Positions 50,612 to 60,607 of a DNA stretch of 64,000 bases are shown in pieces. The translations under genes were made by a program, and so were the position numbers. The stretch spans positions 11,936 to 75,935 of the forward strand of contig NZ_CBFHJT010000002.1 of assembly GCF_965656025.1 (NCBI RefSeq), read 5' to 3'. Positions within the stretch are counted from its first letter, which is position 1, and every line of letters begins with the position of its first letter. Under the pieces are notes generated by a model that was not told the origin of the DNA, did no database searches, and worked only from the letters and a program-made list of their open reading frames with translations. Source of the DNA: Polaribacter sp. Lineage in GTDB: Bacteria > Bacteroidota > Bacteroidia > Flavobacteriales > Flavobacteriaceae.

Positions 50612-52150
50612 CTAGTTTTTTATTAATTCGGTTTCTAATTCTTCTAAAGATTTTCCTTTAGTTTCTGGTAAAATTTTAATCATAATAAAAAAACCTAACA
50701 AAGCAATAGCACCAAAAATAAAGAAAGTTAACGCATTACCAAAATTAGATAGTTCCCAAGGAAAAATTAATTGTACTACAGAACTAATTAGCGAATTTAC
50801 AAAAGCAATAACACCAATTGCCAAACCTCTATATTTTAAAGGATAGAGTTCAGAAAGCAAAACCCACATTACTGGTCCTAAAGAAAAGGCAAAACATGCA
50901 ATAAAGCCTAAAATACCAACTAATACAATCGTAGCATTTATCTGGGTAGCTATTTCTAAAATAGCGCCATCATTTTTACTGTAAACTTTATTTCCTAAAA
51001 TAGATTTTAATTCATTTTTAAAATCAACATCATTGTTGTATAATTTGTTTATTAATGGTGTTAAAAGAGTTACTTCTTTAAAATCTAATTTTTTAATACC
51101 TTCAGGTGTTATTTTATATTTTGCTTGATTAAAACCATAAGCGCAAAGCAACAAACTTATTGCTATTCCTACTGTACCAAACAACAGTAATGGTCTTCTT
51201 CCCATCTTATCTATCAAATACATAGATATAATTGTAAAAATAACCGTAATTGTACTTAATAAAATACCAGATGAAAATGCTGCATCTGTTCCTATACCAG
51301 TTTGTTTAAAAATAGTTGTAGCATAAAAATACACGGCATTAATACCTGTTATTTGTTGCAAGATGCCAACAATTAAACCAACACTAAAAATAAAGATTAA
51401 AGAGGGTTTAAATAACTGAATAAAGGAAACTTTTGTTTTAACTTGCTTACCTTCTAAGCTTTTTTCTATTGATTTTATCTCTTCTTGAGCTTTATCATTA
51501 CCATGTATCTGTTTTAAAACATTTTTTGCATTTTCATATTTATTATTAAGATATAACCAACGTGGACTTTTAGGTACAAGAAACATACAAAAGAAGTAGA
51601 GCAAAGCTGGAAGTAATTCAACTCCTAACATCCACCTCCAAACGGTTTTATCCGTTAAAAAAGCACTTCCAGATGAATTGTATTTATTAAAGAAATAATT
51701 GCTTAAAAAAGCAGCAAAAAAACCAAGCACAATGTTTAATTGTTGCATAGAAACTAACTTACCTCTATTTTCTGATGTGGCTATTTCTGCAATATACATA
51801 GGTGCTAAAACCAAAGCTGAACCAAAGGCTAAGCCACCAATCATTCTGGCAATATAAAGCATTTCATAAGATGTTGCTAGGGCAGAAAAAATGGCAGAAA
51901 TCGCATACAGCAAAGCAACTATAATAAGAATTTTTTTTCTACCTATTTTATCACTTAGTCTACCAGAAAAAAGCATCGCAATCATTGCTGCAAAAGAGGG
52001 AGAACTTACCACCCAACCCGATTGAATATCGTCTAAATTAAATTCTGGACTTGCAAAATTCATCACTCCAGAAATAATACCTGCATCAAATCCGAAAAGA
52101 AATCCTCCTAAGGAAACTACAAAGGCGATTAGTGTTAATTTTTTGGTCAT
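50612..52150 (-). CDS. Sugar porter family MFS transporter
   Basis: GGFLFGFDAGIISG, DKIGRK, PMYIAE, QQITGINA, PETKGKSLE. Confidence 0.93.
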   Translation of the reverse strand: MTKKLTLIAFVVSLGGFLFGFDAGIISGVMNFASPEFNLDDIQSGWVVSSPSFAAMIAMLFSGRLSDKIGRKKILIIVALLYAISAIFSALATSYEMLYIARMIGGLAFGSALVLAPMYIAEIATSENRGKLVSMQQLNIVLGFFAAFLSNYFFNKYNSSGSAFLTDKTVWRWMLGVELLPALLYFFCMFLVPKSPRWLYLNNKYENAKNVLKQIHGNDKAQEEIKSIEKSLEGKQVKTKVSFIQLFKPSLIFIFSVGLIVGILQQITGINAVYFYATTIFKQTGIGTDAAFSSGILLSTITVIFTIISMYLIDKMGRRPLLLFGTVGIAISLLLCAYGFNQAKYKITPEGIKKLDFKEVTLLTPLINKLYNNDVDFKNELKSILGNKVYSKNDGAILEIATQINATIVLVGILGFIACFAFSLGPVMWVLLSELYPLKYRGLAIGVIAFVNSLISSVVQLIFPWELSNFGNALTFFIFGAIALLGFFIMIKILPETKGKSLEELETELIKN

Positions 52151-52160
52151 AAAAGTGGTT

Positions 52161-53666
52161 TTAGTTGATTACAGTAGTTTGAATTGAATGCGGTAGAATT
52201 TTTAATATTGATGTTTTTAAATCAATTGTAATTGAATAGTCTAAAGTCTTATTAGAAGTATTCATAGCTATAATTACAATGCTATTATTTTTATTTTTAA
52301 AGGCTGTAGAAATAATACTATTAGAACTTGTAACACTGCTAATTCTTTTTGCGCCTGGTCTTATAAATTTAGAAAAATGACCTATGTAATAAAATGAGTT
52401 TGTAAAGTTTAATTCGCCTGTTTGCGAGTTACCGTGAACTGGTGAAAAACATAAATTTCCTACATGATTTGGACCTCCTGTTTCATCCAAAAGAATGTTC
52501 CAATCTGTCCAAGCAACAGTGCCATTATTAAAATCTTTAATCATTGATTTCCCATATCTTTCTGCTAATTTTGGATCTTCATTTTCTAATCTTTTCACAT
52601 CATATCCTTCGTTACACCCTTCCGTAAATATCAATTTTTTATCAGGATATGCTTCATTTAACCTAGCTACATTATCAAACATTGGGTTATCATCTTTCCA
52701 ATCTTCATACCAATGAAAACCTGTTCCCCAAACATATTTAGCGGCTTCAGGATCATTTAAAATTGTACTTGCTCTTTGATATAATAAATCTCTATTATGA
52801 TCCCAAACTATTATTTTTTTATCTCCTAAACCTTCATTTTTTAGAGTAGGACCTAAATAATTTTTTAAAAAATCGCGCTCTTCTTCTGCCGTATAAATAC
52901 ATGATTCCCAACGTTGAACTGCCATTGGTTCATTTTGGATAGAAAGTCCCCAAATAGGAATTCCTTCCTTTTCGTAGGCTTTTATAAATTTAGCGTAATA
53001 ATTTGCCCAAGGTTGATAAAATTCTTCCTTTAGTTTACCTCCTCTTAACATATTATTATTCGTTTTCATAAATGCTGGAGGACTCCAAGGGCTTGCATAC
53101 ATAGTTAAGTTACCACCTGCTGCTTTTATTGCTTTTTTTGTAAACGGAATTCTATATTTTTTATCATGAGCTATAGAAAAAGTTTTGAGTTCTTTATCAC
53201 CTTCCTCTATATAAGTATAACTTCCTGACGAAAAATCGCAACTATGAATAATGGTTCTTGCCAAAGAATAGCCAATCCCTTTTTCGATATCAAAATAGGC
53301 TTCTAAAAATAATTGTTGGTTTTCTTTTGTTAATTTATAAAAGGTTTCAGCGGAAGCATCTGTTAAGGCAGCTCCTATACCAACAAATTCTTGAAACTCG
53401 TTTTTAGGATCTACTACTATATCAATTTCAGTTTCTAAAGGTTGTTTAAAGTCTAAAAATAAAATGGTGTCTGTTAGCGCAAGTTTTAATTTTGAGTTAT
53501 GAGCTGTTGTATAGACTTTTGCTTGTGTTCTAGTTATATCAAAAGAGACCTGTTCTTTGTTAAATTCTTTTTGATTATTATTTTTTGATTCTTTACATTG
53601 ATAAAAACCAAAAGAAAGAAATAGCACGCATAAATATAAGACTTGTTTTTTAAAACTTTCTTTCAT
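52161..53666 (-). CDS. GH30 glycoside hydrolase lipoprotein (GH30_1-like; probable beta-1,6-glucanase/glucosidase)
   Basis: GAALTDA, SCDFS, ASPWSPPAFMK, QNEP (acid/base), FHWY, TEGC (nucleophile), GGPNH. Confidence 0.88.
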   Translation of the reverse strand: MKESFKKQVLYLCVLFLSFGFYQCKESKNNNQKEFNKEQVSFDITRTQAKVYTTAHNSKLKLALTDTILFLDFKQPLETEIDIVVDPKNEFQEFVGIGAALTDASAETFYKLTKENQQLFLEAYFDIEKGIGYSLARTIIHSCDFSSGSYTYIEEGDKELKTFSIAHDKKYRIPFTKKAIKAAGGNLTMYASPWSPPAFMKTNNNMLRGGKLKEEFYQPWANYYAKFIKAYEKEGIPIWGLSIQNEPMAVQRWESCIYTAEEERDFLKNYLGPTLKNEGLGDKKIIVWDHNRDLLYQRASTILNDPEAAKYVWGTGFHWYEDWKDDNPMFDNVARLNEAYPDKKLIFTEGCNEGYDVKRLENEDPKLAERYGKSMIKDFNNGTVAWTDWNILLDETGGPNHVGNLCFSPVHGNSQTGELNFTNSFYYIGHFSKFIRPGAKRISSVTSSNSIISTAFKNKNNSIVIIAMNTSNKTLDYSITIDLKTSILKILPHSIQTTVIN

Positions 53667-53716
53667 CTTTTTACTCTTTTAAAATTAAAATGTATTGACA
53701 ACTATTTTCTATTTTT

Positions 53717-55546
53717 TTAATTGTTTTTATAAGTTAAACCAAAACCGAAATCAAAAAGTGGTTTTTTTGATTTATCCCAAAAATTAACTCCATATTTTCC
53801 GTTAAAATCTTCTACCGATTTTGGCCATGAATGAGGCAATTTCCCTTTAAAATCATAATCACCAAAAAGAACTTCTGCAACTCCATCTCCTTCTGAACCA
53901 GGTAACCAAGCCGCAATAAAAGCATCAGATAAATTGATTTGTTTAGTAGCTACTAAAGGTCTTCCAGAAATTAAGATCACAACAGTTTTAACACCTTTTT
54001 CAGTAAATTTTGCTACATATTTTTGATGTTTTTTACTTAGAGTAAGTTTACGATCTCCTTTTCCATCAGTTATATCTCCAAACATTTCTGCATAAGGTGT
54101 TTCTCCTACTACAATGATAGCTATATCTGCATCAAAATGATTTCCTTCAGCTTCTTTATCATAAATCACATCTGCATTGGTATTAGCCTTTATACCATCT
54201 AAAATGGTGGTTGCTCTTTTATAATTTTCTCTTGTACCTTGCCAAGCCATTGTCCAACCTCCAGATTGTAACCCTGTATTATTGGCATGTTCACCTACCA
54301 CAACTATTTTTTTAACTTCTTGACTTATTGGTAGAGTAGCCTTTTCATTTTTTAATAACACAAGAGACTCTCTTACAGCTTGCCTTGCTTTATTTCGATG
54401 ATTTTGACTGCCAATTTTAGATATTAAAGAACGTTTTGGGTATGGGTTTTCAAATAAACCAAGTCTAAATTTTTGTCTTAAAATTCTTTTTACTGCATCG
54501 TTAATTCTATCCATAGAAACCGAATCATTTGCTACTGCATTTTTTAATCCATTTTGAAATATTTCTAAATCACCATCAACAGTCATTACCATATCTACAC
54601 CTGCGTTAATTATATCATTTTTACCAAACCTAGAATATCCTTTCCAGTCAGATATGACAATTCCATCAAAACCCATACTTTTCTTCAAAGTATCATTAAT
54701 TAAAACTTTATGAGCATGCATTGGTATATCTTTAAGTGTGTTAAAAGAAGTCATTACTGCACCAACTTTAGCTTTAACAGCCGCTTTGTAAGGTGGTAAT
54801 AATTTTTCTGCAACTTCTTTCATAGTTAATGATGTATTTCCTCCTTCTATACCAAAATCTGTTGCTCCATCACCAATAAAATGTTTGGCTGTTGCCATTA
54901 CCGTTAGACTGTCTTTTAAATTTCCTTGAAGACCTTCTATTGAAGCTTTTGCCATTTTTGTTGTTAATGCTGTGTTTTCTGAAAACGCTTCATATACCCT
55001 ACCCCACTTTTCGTTATAAGGAATAGCAACACAGGGAGAAAATGTCCAATTAAAACCTGTTGCTTGAACTTCTAAGGCTGTAATGTGAGCCACTTCTTTT
55101 ACCAAAGTCGTATTTTGGGTTGCTCCTAAACCAATATTATGTGGGAAAATAGTTGCACCTTGAAAGGTATTTTGACCATGAACTGCATCTACACCAAATA
55201 ATAATGGAATTCCTAAACGTGTAGACAAGGCTTTCTCTTGTAAAGCTTTAAATCTGTCTTGCCATCCTAAGGCATCTTTTCCTGGATTAGGACCTTGAGT
55301 ATGTATAACAGATCCAATAAACTTTGTAGCAATATCATCATCAGAATTCATATCTGCAAAATGTCTTACTTGAGACATTTGTCCTATTTTTTCATCTAAG
55401 GTCATTAAAACCAATAACGAATCAACTTTGTTTTCAATTATTATATTCTCATTCAAAAAAGTTTTTTTCTTACATCCTTTTAAAAATGAAATCAAAAAAA
55501 CAATTAATAGCAAGTAATATTTAGTATCTATCTTTGATTTAAACAT
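53717..55546 (-). CDS. GH3 beta-glucosidase lipoprotein
   Basis: MTLDEKIGQM, DAVHG, WGRVYE, AKHFIGDG, VISDW, GETPYAE, AWLPGSEG. Confidence 0.93.
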   Translation of the reverse strand: MFKSKIDTKYYLLLIVFLISFLKGCKKKTFLNENIIIENKVDSLLVLMTLDEKIGQMSQVRHFADMNSDDDIATKFIGSVIHTQGPNPGKDALGWQDRFKALQEKALSTRLGIPLLFGVDAVHGQNTFQGATIFPHNIGLGATQNTTLVKEVAHITALEVQATGFNWTFSPCVAIPYNEKWGRVYEAFSENTALTTKMAKASIEGLQGNLKDSLTVMATAKHFIGDGATDFGIEGGNTSLTMKEVAEKLLPPYKAAVKAKVGAVMTSFNTLKDIPMHAHKVLINDTLKKSMGFDGIVISDWKGYSRFGKNDIINAGVDMVMTVDGDLEIFQNGLKNAVANDSVSMDRINDAVKRILRQKFRLGLFENPYPKRSLISKIGSQNHRNKARQAVRESLVLLKNEKATLPISQEVKKIVVVGEHANNTGLQSGGWTMAWQGTRENYKRATTILDGIKANTNADVIYDKEAEGNHFDADIAIIVVGETPYAEMFGDITDGKGDRKLTLSKKHQKYVAKFTEKGVKTVVILISGRPLVATKQINLSDAFIAAWLPGSEGDGVAEVLFGDYDFKGKLPHSWPKSVEDFNGKYGVNFWDKSKKPLFDFGFGLTYKNN

Positions 55547-55606
55547 AATTTTTTAATATTAATATTTACTTTTGGAAAGCGAACAACTATAAAGAAAAAT
55601 TATTTT

Positions 55607-56452
55607 TTATTTATATTCGTGTTTTACCCAATCAACTTCCATTACCCATTCTGAATCTTTCATAGGAGAATCTGTAATTTTCGCAAAATTTAAAATAGCA
55701 AACATTGGCTCCGGGTAATTATCCCCTTGACCAACATTTCTGTAAATTTCTTTGTTATCAACTCGATAAACCAAATCACTACCTTCCCATTCAACAGAAT
55801 ATTCATGATATTCATTTAGAGTAACATCAAAACCTTTTCGCAAGCTCCACCAATCACCTTTGTCACATTCTTCTAAACTTTTAATAGCGCCTGCTGTGAA
55901 ATGATCTTTTTGATGATCTCCATGATGTTCAAAAATATCTATCTCACCAGAACCTGTTAAAGGCCAACAAATAGATTCATTATCTTCTTGTACTGGCGAT
56001 TCATTATTTTGCGCTCCTAAAATCCACCAAGCAGGAAACATACTTGGCTCTCCATTGCTTCCTAATTTTAATCTTGCAGTCCATTTACCTTTAATGAATT
56101 CTTTTTTGTTTTTTGACGCAATACGACCTGCTACATATTTAGTTTCCGGATGTTTTTTTCCATGTTTATCTAAATTATCACAATCGTATTTTTTATCAAG
56201 TTTTACCACTTTTAATTTTAAGGTACCTTTACTTACTTCTCTAGTTCCAAATTCACCATCTGGAACGTAGCAATGCGTTTCATTATTTACCCAAATACGT
56301 TGGTCTTGCCAGTTATCTGAATTAAATGAATCAAAATTGTCTAGAAAATCTACTTTCCATTTGCTAGATTTTTCTTTTTGCTTTTCTTTAGTTTTACAAG
56401 CTAAAACTAAAGTTCCTATTAAGATTAAATTTATTATATATTTTTTTTTCAT
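55607..56452 (-). CDS. GH16 glycoside hydrolase lipoprotein (laminarinase-like)
   Basis: PAWW, WP..GEIDIFE catalytic motif, YHEYSVEW, MEVDWV. Confidence 0.88.
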   Translation of the reverse strand: MKKKYIINLILIGTLVLACKTKEKQKEKSSKWKVDFLDNFDSFNSDNWQDQRIWVNNETHCYVPDGEFGTREVSKGTLKLKVVKLDKKYDCDNLDKHGKKHPETKYVAGRIASKNKKEFIKGKWTARLKLGSNGEPSMFPAWWILGAQNNESPVQEDNESICWPLTGSGEIDIFEHHGDHQKDHFTAGAIKSLEECDKGDWWSLRKGFDVTLNEYHEYSVEWEGSDLVYRVDNKEIYRNVGQGDNYPEPMFAILNFAKITDSPMKDSEWVMEVDWVKHEYK

Positions 56453-56690
56453 TATTGTTTTTTAATTAGCTGTCTTATAAAATTTTTATTAAAAAAACAA
56501 CCTTATATTATCCAAGTATTTCATTTAAATTCTTTCGAAAATTATCATCTTGATAGTATACAATTTACTTGAAATAGCTTTTTATTTTTTTTTTAACTTT
56601 TCTCTTTTGACCTTTTGATATTTCGAAAGGAAGTGTAAATACTAAATAGATAACATTAAAAGTTGTTAAAATTTTTTTCAATTGTTTTTT

Positions 56691-59381
56691 TTATTTCTTC
56701 ATTATTTTTTTCTGATAACGTCCCTTATCTGTTTCCACCATTAAGAAATAAACTCCAGATTTTAAGCTTGATAAATTATATACATTTTTTACTAGGTTTG
56801 GTTTTATTTTACTTATTAAACGACCATGTACATCTATAATACTTAGTTTTTTAATAACTTGTTGATTATTTAGTTTTATTTGATATTTATCTGAAATTGG
56901 GTTTGGAAATATTGACAATGTATTACTTACATAGTCTTTTGTACTTAAGCTACTTACATATTCAAACTCAAACCAATTCATATTAAAACCGCTTTGCAAC
57001 ACTTTCATTTTTAAGGTGTAAATACCTGCATTTAATGTTGTTGGTATAGATGTTGTTTGCCATGATTGCCAACCACCCGTTACAGGTAAATTTATGGTAG
57101 CAATACTTTGTGTGATTTGATGATTTGAAAGTTCAAATTCAATTTCTCCAACACTAGATTCTGCGGCGGTTCTTAAGTTTAAGTTATAATAACCGCTTTC
57201 AGAAATATAAATTAGGTATTCTGCGTAATCTCCAGCATCTGTATATCCAATATTTTGACCCGAACCTAAATCTGAGGTATTTTCTAGATCCAAACCTACT
57301 TGATTGTTAAAATCTTCTGCTTGAATTTTTCCAGGAATTAATAATCTTGTTATCAAATAATTATCAACCAATTTATTTTGAAAATTTGGTAAAATAACAT
57401 TATACGTTGATGTTATAATATTTCCTGTATAACTTATTTTTATTTCATCTTGATAGAATAAATAATTTTCTAATTCAATGGTAATTAATCGATTATTGGA
57501 AGGGTCTATTGTTGATGATGTTATGTTTCTTGGGGTATTATTTACAGTTACTTCAAACAGATCATTTGTAAGTTCTTGACTTCTTAAAGGATGATTTAAA
57601 ATAATTTTAATCGATTTTTCATCGTCATTTGTACTCGCACTCAACACATTAAAAGCAGGAATAGCTTCTGTTGATTTTAAGAACTCGATACTACTCATAT
57701 TGTAAGATGCATTGCCATCAACCAAAATTTTAAGCACATGTGTACCTGCTTCTATATATTTATTGGTAATGGTTTGGAAAACAAAATTGTTCCAGCCACC
57801 TGTGCTTCCTAATGTTATATCACCTGCAAAATCGACATCATCTAAAAAGAACTTTGGTTTTCCTCCTGTTTGTTCTGTAGCATATCTGAATTTAAAATTA
57901 TAAAAACCAGTTTCTTGAACATTTATGGTATATTTAAGCCATTCATTTTTTTGTGTATAACCAATATGATAGCCATTGCTATTTGTATTGTCTGTATTGG
58001 TCTGAATATCTACGCCATCATTTCTGTAATTCCAACCAGAATTCCAAGGTTGATAGCTACCCGTAGAAAGGCTGTAGTTTCCGTAATCAATATCATTATA
58101 TGCAATACCATTACTACCTAAATCGTAATCAGAAAGATAAATGAGCCCTGGAATGGTATGGTTTTTATATGGAATATGAGTTTCGTCTTGTGGCTGTCTA
58201 ATGCATGCATCTACAACATCTCTATAGTATTTATTATTGTCTACTACTAAATCGTCAGTTAATTGTTTTAAACCCTCTATGGCATCTTGCACTGATGGTT
58301 TTGCCCCTTCTCCTTTCCAATAGCTAATAATTGCCTCATATTTTAAATTTGAATTTATAGAAAAAGGACTTACAATTGTTTCAATTCTTTTCCAAGGCCA
58401 CCATGACCAGCCAATATCATTATCTTCAAATAAATTGATAGCTTCTGTATACCAAACGTTAGAATTTTCTCCAGATTCTCCCATCCAAAGTGGTACATTA
58501 TGTTGATTTCTTAAATCTAATACCCATTGTATAGAGGCTGTATCATTATAAGTCCAATATTTATGGAAACTATAAACCATATTAGAATCCCAAGGAGGTG
58601 TTAAACCTGTAAAATCATTGGCAAACCAGTTTCCTTCAATGAAGATAATATGGTTTTGATCATGGGCTCTTATCGCATTTGTTGTTCTTACGTACAAATC
58701 TCTTAGAATTCCAGATTCTAAAGGCCAATTTACTTCGTTAAGTAAATCATAGCCGCCAATCCATTCTTTATCTTTATATCTTTCTGCTAATTTCCCCCAT
58801 AACGCCACTGTTTTATTTTTATTAAATTCACTCTCCCAAAGAGAGGGTTTATCTGAGTCATAATCTGAAATGGCTGCATCTTGACCTTGTCCTCCAGGAG
58901 CTGCATGCAAATCTAAAATCAAATAAATTTCATTTGCTTCACACCAAGTTAAGAGTTCATCAACCATTTCGAAACCTGTTTCTAGCCAGGTATTTTCGCC
59001 TTCTATAGTTTCATCTTCAATTGGTAGCGTAAATAAATTATAATGCATCGCTAAACGCACACTATTATACCCCCATTTTTTAATAGAATCTAAATCTTGT
59101 TTTTGGAAAAAATTCTTTCTCCAATTAGTGTAAAACGTTTTAGTTTCTTCTTCGCCAATTAACAAGTTTAATTTTTCTATAAACTCATGCTGAGTATCTG
59201 CTGCTCCAGAAGAATTCATCATATATCCTTCTTGTAACATCCAACCTCCTAAGCCTACACCTTTTAGTAATACTTCTTCTCCTTTTGAGTTAATAATTTT
59301 TTTACCTAAAGTTCTTAATCCTTGGGCATTGAGAGAAATTGCACCTATTAAAAACAGATACATTATATATTTTTTTATCAT
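56691..59381 (-). CDS. GH5 (GH5_46-like) with two CBM6-like modules and a T9SS CTD
   Basis: LGGWMLQEGYM, DLHAAPGGQ, LNE, FHKYW, GESGEN; IGYT..EWL.Y and TGGW modules; FPNP..LSSLKSGVYF CTD. Confidence 0.88.
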   Translation of the reverse strand: MIKKYIMYLFLIGAISLNAQGLRTLGKKIINSKGEEVLLKGVGLGGWMLQEGYMMNSSGAADTQHEFIEKLNLLIGEEETKTFYTNWRKNFFQKQDLDSIKKWGYNSVRLAMHYNLFTLPIEDETIEGENTWLETGFEMVDELLTWCEANEIYLILDLHAAPGGQGQDAAISDYDSDKPSLWESEFNKNKTVALWGKLAERYKDKEWIGGYDLLNEVNWPLESGILRDLYVRTTNAIRAHDQNHIIFIEGNWFANDFTGLTPPWDSNMVYSFHKYWTYNDTASIQWVLDLRNQHNVPLWMGESGENSNVWYTEAINLFEDNDIGWSWWPWKRIETIVSPFSINSNLKYEAIISYWKGEGAKPSVQDAIEGLKQLTDDLVVDNNKYYRDVVDACIRQPQDETHIPYKNHTIPGLIYLSDYDLGSNGIAYNDIDYGNYSLSTGSYQPWNSGWNYRNDGVDIQTNTDNTNSNGYHIGYTQKNEWLKYTINVQETGFYNFKFRYATEQTGGKPKFFLDDVDFAGDITLGSTGGWNNFVFQTITNKYIEAGTHVLKILVDGNASYNMSSIEFLKSTEAIPAFNVLSASTNDDEKSIKIILNHPLRSQELTNDLFEVTVNNTPRNITSSTIDPSNNRLITIELENYLFYQDEIKISYTGNIITSTYNVILPNFQNKLVDNYLITRLLIPGKIQAEDFNNQVGLDLENTSDLGSGQNIGYTDAGDYAEYLIYISESGYYNLNLRTAAESSVGEIEFELSNHQITQSIATINLPVTGGWQSWQTTSIPTTLNAGIYTLKMKVLQSGFNMNWFEFEYVSSLSTKDYVSNTLSIFPNPISDKYQIKLNNQQVIKKLSIIDVHGRLISKIKPNLVKNVYNLSSLKSGVYFLMVETDKGRYQKKIMKK

Positions 59382-59396
59382 TATTATTTTGTTTTT

Positions 59397-60596
59397 TTAT
59401 AAATTATCTAAACCATATAAAGTAATTTCTGAACCAACTGTAATTTGAGTACTACCGTAATTTGAAGTAATGGAGAGTTTTAAATATCTAAACTGTTCTG
59501 AGGTATTTGGTAAGCTAAATTCATGACCATCTATAGCCTCTTGTAAAGCAGATGCTGGGATATTACCTGCAGCATCTCTTGGATCTCCAATATCGAACTG
59601 CCCCAGCAATTGCCAGGTTTGACCATCTGTACTAGAAAACAAATCAAACGATTTAAGGTTTTCTTCTTGATAGTGATAAGTAACTCCACCACCATTATAC
59701 CAAAAGGCTCTTTGCCAAACCTTAAAACGTTGAATTTTCACATTTTTATTTAAATCTATAACAATGTCTAATGGAAAGTCTAAACTACCTCCATTATTAT
59801 CTCTAGTAATAATAAAATAACTGTTATCAGCATCTGTTTCTACTTTATCTATAATATCATCCCAAAAATTAATAGTAAGCCCCTCATAAGCATTTCCATT
59901 TATTGATTGATTAGCAACTAATGTCCAAGAAGATTTGTCAATTTTTTCTTCGAATAAGGGTGTATATTTTCCTTGCTCTACTAATTCTGTAATGTTGCCA
60001 TCAAAATCTTCTACTTTTGTAGAAAAAGTTAGTTCTTTTGCCTCTAAACCTCTAATAAAAATATTTTCTTGAGGATTGTTAGAAGATAAAATCCTTACAT
60101 TTTCTACACCATCATCTAAAACATGTACATACACGAAAACAGTTTTTGAGGCTATATTTTGCCAAGTAATTTTAACACCACCTAAATCTGGTGTAATCTG
60201 AATACTCTCTTGAACTAAAAAGATAAATGATTTTAAAGGTGTAAATTCTACTTCTGTTGTTTCAGAAATATTATCACTCTCATCAACTACATATAATTTT
60301 ACTTTTAATGGCGATGTTTGATTTAATCCATTAATTTCTATTGAAGAGTTGTGCTTGCTAGACACTCTAAAAACCTCTTCTCCTAAAGAATTAGTATACA
60401 CTGCTTTTACATATAAAATATCATCATCAGATGGTAAATTATAATTTATTATTCCTCCTCCATTAGTAGGAGTAACATTTATATTTGATAAAACTCCTGG
60501 AGCATTGGTATCTATAGTATTATCATCAGAACAAGCTGTAATTGTTAGGATAAATAATATTGAAAAGTATACGATTTTATTAATTTGTTTTTTCAT
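59397..60596 (-). CDS. PUL lipoprotein (DUF4959/DUF5126/DUF5000-like, discoidin-like C-terminus)
   Basis: Lipobox ITAC-SDD; PTNGGG.I.Y.LP.D.DILYVKA.Y; IDL...RYL....NYG; ATG at 60596. Confidence 0.7.
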   Translation of the reverse strand: MKKQINKIVYFSILFILTITACSDDNTIDTNAPGVLSNINVTPTNGGGIINYNLPSDDDILYVKAVYTNSLGEEVFRVSSKHNSSIEINGLNQTSPLKVKLYVVDESDNISETTEVEFTPLKSFIFLVQESIQITPDLGGVKITWQNIASKTVFVYVHVLDDGVENVRILSSNNPQENIFIRGLEAKELTFSTKVEDFDGNITELVEQGKYTPLFEEKIDKSSWTLVANQSINGNAYEGLTINFWDDIIDKVETDADNSYFIITRDNNGGSLDFPLDIVIDLNKNVKIQRFKVWQRAFWYNGGGVTYHYQEENLKSFDLFSSTDGQTWQLLGQFDIGDPRDAAGNIPASALQEAIDGHEFSLPNTSEQFRYLKLSITSNYGSTQITVGSEITLYGLDNL

Positions 60597-60607
60597 AATG
60601 TAGTTTT

